This document shows, piece after piece, positions 1 through 8,558 of a stretch of 60,270 bases of DNA. The notes below the pieces were generated by a model, which did no database searches, was not told the origin of the DNA, and saw only the letters and a program-made list of their open reading frames with translations. The stretch is taken from positions 1 through 60,270 of IMG/VR virus record IMGVR_UViG_3300037473_000305; one strand, given 5' to 3'. This stretch comes from a virus (lineage: Duplodnaviria > Caudoviricetes). The position numbers and the translations under genes are program-made. Within the stretch, counting starts at the first letter, position 1; every line of letters starts with the position of its first letter.

Positions 1-160
1 CCGGCAGGTATCGAGAAAGGATACTCGCCAGTTGAAGACTTTTCGCCTGAACCAGAAGCCGAAGTGTATCGGTAAAGCGCGGTGGTTGCCTTGCGGAATA
101 CGGAAGATCATTTCTTACCGGACAGGGTGAAAAAACCAATAAGTCCGCCGATAATAAGGC
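1..160. repeat. Left copy of terminal overlap (circular closure)
   Basis: Matches 60111..60270; identical over 35..160 (126 bp), with mismatches at positions 10, 21 and 34. Confidence 0.95.
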
Positions 161-308
161 TACAGCCTACGACAATCATCGGTATGGCCCCGGTCGTTCG
201 GGCCGGTATGGTGGATTCGTTTTTATCCCAGCCCCATGCCGCTAAAGCAATGCCGGCAGCAAACGCAAGCACACTCCAAAAAATCGGATTCTTTGATTCA
301 TTTGACAT
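108..308 (-). CDS. Small two-TM membrane protein (lysis region)
   Basis: Two hydrophobic segments; stop overlaps the ATG of the next gene (ATGA) across the circular junction. Confidence 0.7.
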   Translation of the reverse strand: MSNESKNPIFWSVLAFAAGIALAAWGWDKNESTIPARTTGAIPMIVVGCSLIIGGLIGFFTLSGKK

Positions 309-401
309 AAATAAATTGTTTAATTTTGATGTAGCTTATCTGCCATTTTCGAGTAGATGTAGTAAAGATGCCGTTCAGTAATGCTGTGCGGCATCGGCGT
401 T

Positions 402-1151
402 TTATTTTCGAAATGATATCAATATCTTCGTCCCCACGCCCGCATACCACGTATTCCCAACGGTTGCGCCGGTTACCTCGTATATCTTATTACCGCGTGT
501 TCTTAAGCTGACGTTCACCTGCCCGCCTGCCAGCGGGTTGATCTGATTTCCGAATAGGCCAATACCGGCATATACCTGGTTGCGTTGCTTCGCATTTACC
601 TTTGCATGCAGTTGCGCCATGCAGTCTTCCAGTTGGCTCGCAAACTTTTGGTTAAAATCCTTCTGTGCGTTGATGGTGCTGTCGCGCTGTGATATCTCGT
701 ATAGCATCAATTCATTAAGTTGGGAGATGGTTGTATCGCGCTGGGCAAGCTCACCCTCCTGCTGTTTTACTTTGACGACAAGGCTATCGCAGCCTTCTTT
801 GTAATCAGGATGTACTTTCACCCACGTGTCATCAGCCGGCTTGCTACGCGCCCTTTCGATCCTTGCAACGAGGCGGTTGATGGTGGCTTGTGAAGCAGTG
901 ACTTTGGCATTCGATTTGTTGAGCTGCTGTTGTACTTCTCCGCGTATTTTGGCTGCGCTGTCCGCCTGCCGATCTCTTCTGTTGAGCATTTGCCGGTAAT
1001 AATTTGCTGTGTCCTTAACCCTGGTAGCCAGCGCGTCATACTGCGCTTTCGAAACGCCATTTTCGTTGTGTGCCTTATTGCACAGCATCAGCAGTGCGAT
1101 CATGCAGCAAGCGATGACGAATAAAATAGGCCATGCGTTTTTCATAATCAA
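402..1151 (-). CDS. Spanin-like protein (N-terminal TM, coiled coil, C-terminal beta strands)
   Basis: Hydrophobic N-terminus, long heptad region, Gly/aromatic beta-rich C-terminus; lysis-module context. Confidence 0.55.
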   Translation of the reverse strand: MIMKNAWPILFVIACCMIALLMLCNKAHNENGVSKAQYDALATRVKDTANYYRQMLNRRDRQADSAAKIRGEVQQQLNKSNAKVTASQATINRLVARIERARSKPADDTWVKVHPDYKEGCDSLVVKVKQQEGELAQRDTTISQLNELMLYEISQRDSTINAQKDFNQKFASQLEDCMAQLHAKVNAKQRNQVYAGIGLFGNQINPLAGGQVNVSLRTRGNKIYEVTGATVGNTWYAGVGTKILISFRK

Positions 1152-1160
1152 TGAAATGAT

Positions 1161-1191
1161 TCAACCCCGACCTACGGAGTCAGGGTTGAAT
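1161..1191. terminator. Intergenic stem-loop
   Basis: ttcaacccc...gggttgaa inverted repeat between ORFs. Confidence 0.45.
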
Positions 1192-1194
1192 AGT

Positions 1195-1551
1195 TTAGAG
1201 ATTTGCGCCGGGCGTTTCGCCGCCTGTACCTGTTTCGTTCTGGGCCGGTGTATTGGCAGCTACGGCCGCAGCCAGTGCATTTGTGTTAGCGTCGAGTTCA
1301 TCACTCAACTGCTTCAGCGCTGCCGGGTCAGTAGCCGCATCGTCAAGCCTTTGTTTCAATCCCTGCAGCAGTGTAATAGCTGACTGCATTACCGTGTTGT
1401 TTTCCGCAACTTCCTGTTGCAATGTTTGAAGTTCTTGTCCCATTGTACTTAATTTTTGATTAATAGATTTGATTTCAGTAAACAGTTTGTCATCACCATG
1501 GTGGTGTATATGAATCTCGCCGCTGTGATGAAGATGTATGTGTAGTTGCAT
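1195..1551 (-). CDS. Coiled-coil hypothetical protein with His-rich N-terminus
   Basis: MQLHIHLHHSGEIHIHHHG followed by an Ala/Gln-rich helical region; TAATG coupling to the upstream gene. Confidence 0.75.
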   Translation of the reverse strand: MQLHIHLHHSGEIHIHHHGDDKLFTEIKSINQKLSTMGQELQTLQQEVAENNTVMQSAITLLQGLKQRLDDAATDPAALKQLSDELDANTNALAAAVAANTPAQNETGTGGETPGANL

Positions 1552-1808
1552 TACTTTTTGTTTTCCTTGTTTTGTAGCGCCACCAGGATATCAGTTAGCT
1601 TTCCGTTCATTGATTCGTACTTCGCATTGATCTGTTGATTCAGGTCTTTTATCTGTAATCCCTGGTCACGCGAGGCCGTTTCCAGAAACTCAATACGGAG
1701 CCGCTGCGTCTCAATCTTGTTCGACTGATTCACAATTAAAGTCACCACAGTAATTAATATTCCGATCGCCGCCATGATTGCATGACCTAGTTTAAGCGTT
1801 TTTTCCAT
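1551..1808 (-). CDS. Single-TM coiled-coil protein (holin/antiholin-like)
   Basis: Likely start MEKTLKLG; TM segment then coiled coil. Confidence 0.6.
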   Translation of the reverse strand: MEKTLKLGHAIMAAIGILITVVTLIVNQSNKIETQRLRIEFLETASRDQGLQIKDLNQQINAKYESMNGKLTDILVALQNKENKK

Positions 1809-2260
1809 CTTCGAAAACAGATTAATAATGCTGCCAGAATCATTAGTAATCCCTCTAGCGTCACCAGTACTTCCCATTGTTTGAAGCATAACCAATAATG
1901 AATTATATCAAGAATGCTAATAATAAGCACTACAGATAAGGCCAAACGGTAGGAGGGTGTCTTCTGCCTGATTAGTACTAAGGATAGGATAATGAGCGTT
2001 GTCGATAACATATTGCCGGTGTCGAATATATACCATTGCTCATCCTGTGTATATATGGTTCCGTCCGGCTTCCTTACATCTATCATGAACCAGTTAACCT
2101 GATGTGGTTTTGCATTGTTCCAGAACCGGTGAATCAGACAAACCGGCCATGATAGAAAGAGCAGTAAGGTACTAACCCCTGCCCTTGTTCGGGGGTGGCG
2201 CGCTTCCGCCGGTGTCATCTCCATTTTCGAAATCGTTGGTGTCAGGTATTTCAATTTCAT
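1787..2260 (-). CDS. Multi-TM membrane protein (start uncertain)
   Basis: 3-4 hydrophobic helices; annotated 5' part overlaps the small ORF at 2172..2336. Confidence 0.6.
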   Translation of the reverse strand: MKLKYLTPTISKMEMTPAEARHPRTRAGVSTLLLFLSWPVCLIHRFWNNAKPHQVNWFMIDVRKPDGTIYTQDEQWYIFDTGNMLSTTLIILSLVLIRQKTPSYRLALSVVLIISILDIIHYWLCFKQWEVLVTLEGLLMILAALLICFRRWKKRLN

Positions 2261-2336
2261 CGCCGACTTTAATCCCCTGTTCTTTTAACTCGGGATTATT
2301 GTCGAGGTCTTCCTGCGTAACTTTTCTCTTTTCCAT
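2172..2336 (-). CDS. Small acidic protein, 54 aa (not in ORF track)
   Basis: Hand translation MEKRKVTQEDLDNNPELKEQGIKVGDEIEIPDTNDFENGDDTGGSAPPPNKGRG*; A-rich leader. Confidence 0.65.
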   Translation of the reverse strand: MEKRKVTQEDLDNNPELKEQGIKVGDEIEIPDTNDFENGDDTGGSAPPPNKGRG

Positions 2337-2369
2337 GGTATGTTGATTTAATTAATAACACTTCAATTC

Positions 2370-2669
2370 TTATACCTTCGGGTCGACTGGTGGATTGTTA
2401 ACATCTACTTTATTCTGGTCAGCAGCCGTTAAGTTTGACACATAATTATCTTCTGTATCAACCAGCATCATGCCGATGAATTTAATGATCGCTACCAATC
2501 CGGTATTGATGTACAGATTCAATTGGAGGGCCATTGTACTACTATGCGTAACTCCCTGAATAATTGCTGTAGAGGCAGGTATCAGTACAAGTAATAATCC
2601 GCGCTCCAAAGATCGCCACCATCTTGGCGCCGGCCTGCTTGCACCTTGAGAACTTATAATTGTTGCCAT
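2370..2669 (-). CDS. Putative holin (2 TM)
   Basis: PAPRWWR N-terminus, two TM helices, position after tail genes. Confidence 0.55.
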   Translation of the reverse strand: MATIISSQGASRPAPRWWRSLERGLLLVLIPASTAIIQGVTHSSTMALQLNLYINTGLVAIIKFIGMMLVDTEDNYVSNLTAADQNKVDVNNPPVDPKV

Positions 2670-2685
2670 ATAGTTGATTTAGTTT

Positions 2686-2880
2686 TTACCGCGCTCTCCA
2701 ATTGCGAAGCAGTTCCTCTACTCTCAATAATACTTCTGATACACGAAAGAGGATTTGGTTTGTCTCAATGAGCACCTTATTTACCTCGGCCTCGCGTTTG
2801 TCGTGTCGTTTCACCAGCCAGACAATGACGCCGGATAAGGTAGTAATGGCTCCAATCAATATTGCCGTTGTCTCGTTCAT
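2686..2880 (-). CDS. Putative holin-like single-TM protein
   Basis: N-terminal TM plus charged amphipathic helix. Confidence 0.5.
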   Translation of the reverse strand: MNETTAILIGAITTLSGVIVWLVKRHDKREAEVNKVLIETNQILFRVSEVLLRVEELLRNWRAR

Positions 2881-2882
2881 TG

Positions 2883-5800
2883 CTAATATTTTCTAATCAA
2901 TCTCCATGTCACCCCGGCATCGACGTAGAAGTCATACGTCTTCCCCCAGTCCAGCTGCGTAAAGGTTGAACCGGTAGAATTATCGGTTATCGCAGAAGCC
3001 AAACTAAAATGATTGCTTCCGGCGCTGAACTTCATGATCACTGTCAATGTCTGACCCTGCTGCGAAGGTGTTGGCATGGTGAACGTTCTATTGGTGGTAA
3101 GGTTGTCGGTTACTTCCACGATTGCGATAGCAGCAGGCACGGTATGATTTGCGTCGGTGGTAACACCATCTACATTGTAAGTGATAGCGCCGTACAAATT
3201 AATATTGCTCGCGGAATAAACCGTAAAGCCTCCGAGCTTCGAACCTGAAGCGCCGAGTAACAGTGAACTGGTACCGCCGCCATTCACGGTTGTGGTTCCG
3301 GAAAGCGTACCACTACCGCCGTAGATACCATTACCGTCACCGCCTGATGGTACGGCTGCTTTTTTTACTTCCTTTGTCACCGGGTCTATCCACAGCATGT
3401 TAGCCGGGCTTCCGGCGCTGTCAACCGTTTGCAAAGAGACTTTGCCGGCGCTTGATATACGCATCTGCTCGGTGTTATTGGTTCCGATAATCAACGGGGT
3501 GTTATTAAGCGTGCCCAGTAGTAAGCCCCCACCTGATCCTCCACCGTGATACAACATTGTTTTATCTGCACAGGACACGCCAAAAAAAGATGAACCGAAC
3601 GACTGGCCACCGGTAAGAAACCCGCCATGAGCAGCCAGGCTACCCCGGTCGTTATCGATCAGCATGCTGGCATTTCCGGTTGAGCTTGCGTTTTGCAGGT
3701 AAATGGATGTGCGACCAAAAGCGCTATTCCCTAACACCTTAAATTGATCACTCGCAGTACCATTCACTTCAACTTCACCAGTTGTGTTTAATTTAAACTG
3801 ATTTGCTATGCCACCTGTCTCAAACGTGATCGGCCTATGTGAACCAGTACCTTCTATCTCACTCGAAATCTTATACTTTGTTCCTACAGCGGCAAAGGTC
3901 AATCTTTCGGTATTCGCATTTCCGGTTATAGGGAAACCAGTTCCAAGTGACGTATTATACATGTTGAATGCACTCATAATTGGAGATAACACGGCGTCAC
4001 CGGTCCCTGAGGGCGCTAACGACATAATTTGCGTGCCGTTAGTTACAGTAGGCTGTACTCTTAATATGGAGCTATTTGTTAGACCAGAAAGGTTATAGAG
4101 ATAGTTTGATGCTCCACCGGCAGTGCCACCGAAAATAAATGAGCTATTAGCCTTGATTTCATTTGTGAATGTCCTCACATTAGGATCTACTCTACTCCCT
4201 GATAATCTGGTGTAAATCGAGTCTCCGCCGTACTTGTTGAACAGGGCATTCCCGCCTCCCACTTCTGCCTGGCCAAGTGCATAAGAAGCGATACTACCCC
4301 TGCCGAGAGAACCGCTGTCATTAATAACATACTGTCTGTCCAGCCACGCCGGGGCGCCCGTTGTGGAACCATTGAAAAGCTCTCCTGCTAATGTGTGAAT
4401 GTTGAAATAGGTGGTCCCGGATGGAATCAGTCCAAATAAGTTATGATTTGGAACGTAAATTGAATTTTGTGACCACATGGCTGTTATCATGCCGGCTTCA
4501 ACTGGTGTAATACAATTAGCAAACGTATGAGCGAAGACAGACGCATGCGCTGTTGCATGATCTATTGTAACTCCTTCCGCATATATGAATCCGTATTTGA
4601 ATGCATAAGTGGAGACGTTTTTTACGCTGTTATAAATCTCTGAACTTATTTTCCCTATGATCACCCCTGCCACATCGTATATTGGTTGTGGCTGTCTTTT
4701 AATCGAACCACTAACACCGATGTATAGATTTTCCAGGCGCATGCTACCGCAGAACAGGCCATTAATTCCTCCTACAGAAGGACCGCCTGCCTTGTTATTC
4801 CTGGCGACCATGATGGTCAGATTTTTAAACGAGACGGAATTATAATTGAAATCACCGAAGGAACCACCGTTTGATCTGGTACCAAAAACAGATGGCAGGG
4901 TACCTGAGCCATTAATAATCGAATAGAGAATACTACCGTAAAATGGGCACACCGAATCGCCAAAAGTTGAGGGCGCCGGATTCATATCAGCAGCGCCTTC
5001 TATCGAAAACCATTTCCGCTCTAAAAAAGAAGGTGTACCATACACTGACGTTTTCCAAACCAATTGCGCATTCGGATTGGCACCTTCAAAAGAAGTGACC
5101 AATGGACCTGCCAAAACATATATACCTGCAGGCACATACACTTTTGCATCCCCTGCTACCGCCGCCGCATCAATAGCGGCCTGTATCATAGGCGTGTTAT
5201 CTGTCCCGAAAACCAGCGTATCAGCGCTCACCGATCGGGTAGCATTGGCACCCAATGTTACCGTTGAAGAATTCGAATAACCTATTATGGTAGTCACCAG
5301 GTCACCACCAGTTACCGCTCCGTCTACGCGTATTGATTTGCCTACGTCCGCTGATGTGAAGCTGCATGATGAGCAGGTGAGTGTAGGCGAACCAGATGTC
5401 ATCACCCCGTCATAGCGCTCTTTACCGTCCGGTTTGGCACCGTATCGAATTACATTGAATAATTTCGGCATGTCATCTATCTTCCGTTTGTCAACAACAG
5501 TCAGCACACCCGCCCGATTCGTTGTATCTGCGGCTGGTATTACCGCATCATTGCCGGTAGAGCTGAGTACAGTAACGCTGGTTGATGTTCGGGTGGTGTC
5601 GAGGTTTGTTGCCCCACCACCTGTTCCGATTGCCGCCCTTAATGCGGCCGCAGTATCGCGGAGTTTCGAGATGGATGCTACGTAGCTGATAGTATCAGCT
5701 GCCAACAGTAATTTATTGGAATTCGTGGAGATAGTAAGGGTAGCATCGTGATCAATTCGCTTGACCGCTGCGCCAGTCCATAAGGTATCACCAGCACCGG

Positions 5801-6191
5801 AGGCATTGGCGACGGAGGTGCCTGAGCCGCTGCCTGTACCTCTGATTCGTATAGTATCGCGCCCGACTTTAAACGTGCTATCAGTCAGTTGAACTGCTTT
5901 GTTTTCCTTAATCCATTGCGCGCCGGTATATACTTCGAGCGCTGAATCGTTTTCATTGTAGCGAACCGCGCCGGCTCTGTATGGAATATGAGTAGATGTC
6001 GCCAGGGGCAACATAGCTACACTGTCCATGGCAAAGCGTTTGTATCTGAACCCGTATCCGCTAATACCAGAATACTTTGCCGCATCTGTTTGTCCATAAG
6101 AAGAGATAAAGGCCATTACTGCGATAAAGACTGCCAGATATCTATTCCGGAAAGTCCTCCGCTGTATTGGCCTTTCAGCCCGTAGTGTCAT
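2883..6191 (-). CDS. Tailspike/depolymerase-like beta-helix protein with signal-peptide-like N-terminus
   Basis: FNVIRYGAKPDG...DNTPMIQAAIDAA...VYVPAGIY pectate-lyase-3-like cap; Gly/Ser/Thr-rich fibre-like C-terminus; last gene of the tail module. Confidence 0.75.
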   Translation of the reverse strand: MTLRAERPIQRRTFRNRYLAVFIAVMAFISSYGQTDAAKYSGISGYGFRYKRFAMDSVAMLPLATSTHIPYRAGAVRYNENDSALEVYTGAQWIKENKAVQLTDSTFKVGRDTIRIRGTGSGSGTSVANASGAGDTLWTGAAVKRIDHDATLTISTNSNKLLLAADTISYVASISKLRDTAAALRAAIGTGGGATNLDTTRTSTSVTVLSSTGNDAVIPAADTTNRAGVLTVVDKRKIDDMPKLFNVIRYGAKPDGKERYDGVMTSGSPTLTCSSCSFTSADVGKSIRVDGAVTGGDLVTTIIGYSNSSTVTLGANATRSVSADTLVFGTDNTPMIQAAIDAAAVAGDAKVYVPAGIYVLAGPLVTSFEGANPNAQLVWKTSVYGTPSFLERKWFSIEGAADMNPAPSTFGDSVCPFYGSILYSIINGSGTLPSVFGTRSNGGSFGDFNYNSVSFKNLTIMVARNNKAGGPSVGGINGLFCGSMRLENLYIGVSGSIKRQPQPIYDVAGVIIGKISSEIYNSVKNVSTYAFKYGFIYAEGVTIDHATAHASVFAHTFANCITPVEAGMITAMWSQNSIYVPNHNLFGLIPSGTTYFNIHTLAGELFNGSTTGAPAWLDRQYVINDSGSLGRGSIASYALGQAEVGGGNALFNKYGGDSIYTRLSGSRVDPNVRTFTNEIKANSSFIFGGTAGGASNYLYNLSGLTNSSILRVQPTVTNGTQIMSLAPSGTGDAVLSPIMSAFNMYNTSLGTGFPITGNANTERLTFAAVGTKYKISSEIEGTGSHRPITFETGGIANQFKLNTTGEVEVNGTASDQFKVLGNSAFGRTSIYLQNASSTGNASMLIDNDRGSLAAHGGFLTGGQSFGSSFFGVSCADKTMLYHGGGSGGGLLLGTLNNTPLIIGTNNTEQMRISSAGKVSLQTVDSAGSPANMLWIDPVTKEVKKAAVPSGGDGNGIYGGSGTLSGTTTVNGGGTSSLLLGASGSKLGGFTVYSASNINLYGAITYNVDGVTTDANHTVPAAIAIVEVTDNLTTNRTFTMPTPSQQGQTLTVIMKFSAGSNHFSLASAITDNSTGSTFTQLDWGKTYDFYVDAGVTWRLIRKY

Positions 6192-6206
6192 ATCGTTGAA
6201 TATTTT

Positions 6207-7616
6207 TCAAATGATTCTGTAAAAGTTTGTCGCTACGTTCTTTGGTCTCGATTCAGTTCCCTGGTCTTTTATTCGAGCATCTTCCCAGCGCGCAGAATTC
6301 ATACCTCCTATTCGATATTCCTGTGATGCGCTGCCGCTGTCCACGGCATTCGGGGTAAAATCACCACCTGCTTCATCTGCTTTTGCGGATGCTCTGTTAT
6401 AGGGTAATGTAATGTGGTTGTGCGCCTTGTTCTCATCGGCCTGGTATGAACCAGCCAGCCTCGGACCGCCGAGATCAATAGTTCCGTTTGAGCTTGTTGC
6501 CCTGATTGACAAGCCGCTGGTGTCAGGCACCCAAAATTTAGTGCTTCCTATGATCCACTTGGTGAGGTTGTCAATATCAGGTGTTGCATCCTGTGTACCA
6601 GTTCCTAATTCAGACCCTGGCAATTCGGCTATGTACCAGTTAAACAAACGGGGGTAGTCAGTTTTCAGATACCATCCGCCGGTTTCCGGCAAGGTATTGA
6701 CAGGCTGTAATCCGTCTGCAAATATTCTGTGCCCCAAACGGCGATAATCCCCATCCCAATGGACGATGCGCAAATAGGAGCCCTTTTTAATAAATGTCAC
6801 TTCTTCGCCACGACCGACGTAGATAGAGTTCCTCTGTTGCGGGCCATTTATCGTGTTGTTGATTAAACAATATCTGCCTGAGTTTAATTGCAGCGTTACA
6901 TACCGCTGATTCCCATTGTGTGTATTGATGCCGAATATGGTGCCATTCGGTATCGCATCCAGACTTGATATAGTTATTGTAAGAATCGAGCCGGCGCCAG
7001 CGGCATTCACTTCTAACAATTTGTTATAATGGGTACTGCCGAATGCTGTATCACTCGTAAGTTCAAGCACATCTGATGGGTATGGTTTGCCGCTGGTTGT
7101 TGAGCTGGTTGAACTGATATTACTGTACTGAACGGTATAACCTTCTTCATTACCGAATTGTGAGCCGTCTATGAATTCGAAGCCGCCGCCAGATATTGTT
7201 TGTATATTGATGCCCCATTTCAGGGCTCCATAGCCTTCTTTAAAAACCAAATAATCTTTTCCGTCAAGATCCGGGTTCACATATTGCGTATCTCCTGATA
7301 CGGGATCATATTCGGGCGCCCCATTACCGCGATCAACAACAAATTGAATATAACCGAACGCAACTTCATTTGAAATAGAAGCATCAATATCACAGACCCC
7401 ACGTAGTTCATCCAATGTTGTACCGTCAGAGGTAGTCCAAAACTCTACCCGATGCATGACAGGATTGAGATTATCAACAGTAACATTGCGGATAGTATGC
7501 GGTGGAGTTAAAACAGTACTTCTGTAGACTTCGGCAAGAGGATCATCCGACTCGCGAACTACCATGAGGAAGTCACTTGTCGAAACGATATTGAAGCTAA
7601 TAAAAATCTTTGCCAT
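6207..7616 (-). CDS. Tail fibre protein with tail-collar-like C-terminal domain
   Basis: DYPRLF...VPD.SG...GSYQADENKAHNH...ESRPKNVA pattern typical of collar/short-fibre domains. Confidence 0.7.
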   Translation of the reverse strand: MAKIFISFNIVSTSDFLMVVRESDDPLAEVYRSTVLTPPHTIRNVTVDNLNPVMHRVEFWTTSDGTTLDELRGVCDIDASISNEVAFGYIQFVVDRGNGAPEYDPVSGDTQYVNPDLDGKDYLVFKEGYGALKWGINIQTISGGGFEFIDGSQFGNEEGYTVQYSNISSTSSTTSGKPYPSDVLELTSDTAFGSTHYNKLLEVNAAGAGSILTITISSLDAIPNGTIFGINTHNGNQRYVTLQLNSGRYCLINNTINGPQQRNSIYVGRGEEVTFIKKGSYLRIVHWDGDYRRLGHRIFADGLQPVNTLPETGGWYLKTDYPRLFNWYIAELPGSELGTGTQDATPDIDNLTKWIIGSTKFWVPDTSGLSIRATSSNGTIDLGGPRLAGSYQADENKAHNHITLPYNRASAKADEAGGDFTPNAVDSGSASQEYRIGGMNSARWEDARIKDQGTESRPKNVATNFYRII

Positions 7617-8558
7617 TTATTCTACATTTTCAACTGTGATGATGTTGGAACTACCCTGTTCGTTGGTATCGAAAAAGCCCTTGCTGCTTACATTCAGCAT
7701 CACGTTCAGTTCTTCGTTTGTATCTTCCGTCGCGCTAAACACCTTGCTATTTCTGTTAATCTGCTCTCTGAGTTCTATTCTGTAACTCCTTAATAACCCA
7801 TTTTGAATGTTGTCACCTTCCTCAATCTTGGCTCCCTCCTGTTTGGTATAGTGCTTGCCATCTATTCGAAGATCACTACACCCAAATACCCAGTTCAACT
7901 TATCGATCATCCAATCCGGCAGGCCACCATCTGGACCAAACAATACCAGTTCCCATATACGGTAAGGTTTTGAATCGACCAGGGTCATATCGAGCACCTG
8001 GTCTTCGTATAGCGTGTCTTTGCTGGCTGGTGGTTGTAGTCTGATAAACCCATGCACACGTAGAGAGAACTCAACACCCGTTTCGAAGACTACGCCCCCT
8101 TTGTATTTGCGATGTTTGTATTGTAAAAGTAACGTATTTTCAAGGTTTTCAGAAACTTCAATCGGTTCCGAAATAAGCCTTTTGTTTGGACCGGTACCTA
8201 TTTCTGCCAGCAGATAATAAATTCCTTCAGGTAATACATTCAGGGCCTGACTGCTTTCGTAGATAAAGTATTCCGGCTCATATTGGTTCTGCTGCTTTTG
8301 CTGCATCGGAGTAGTAAAAAAAAGATTCTCCTTACAATCTATTACCTTAATATTAACAGCACCGGCATTGTTTATAAACTGGTTAACAATAACGTCTTTT
8401 CTAATCCATGGCTGTCTGTAGCCACCGTTCTGCCACCTGTTCTTGCGTTCAGCCAATAGATAGTCATCCATGTGCTTACTGATGTACTGCTGTATTTCGT
8501 CTGGATTCACGTCATACCAGGTGATCGGAAGTAAGTAGGAGGTGTAGGTTCTAGCCAT
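7617..8558 (-). CDS. Tail tip/baseplate protein (putative)
   Basis: 313 aa; position downstream of tape measure. Confidence 0.55.
   Translation of the reverse strand: MARTYTSYLLPITWYDVNPDEIQQYISKHMDDYLLAERKNRWQNGGYRQPWIRKDVIVNQFINNAGAVNIKVIDCKENLFFTTPMQQKQQNQYEPEYFIYESSQALNVLPEGIYYLLAEIGTGPNKRLISEPIEVSENLENTLLLQYKHRKYKGGVVFETGVEFSLRVHGFIRLQPPASKDTLYEDQVLDMTLVDSKPYRIWELVLFGPDGGLPDWMIDKLNWVFGCSDLRIDGKHYTKQEGAKIEEGDNIQNGLLRSYRIELREQINRNSKVFSATEDTNEELNVMLNVSSKGFFDTNEQGSSNIITVENVE

Noticed and set aside
2883-8558. Diversity-generating retroelement targeting tail fibres
   Set aside because: No reverse transcriptase ORF and no TR/VR pair noticed
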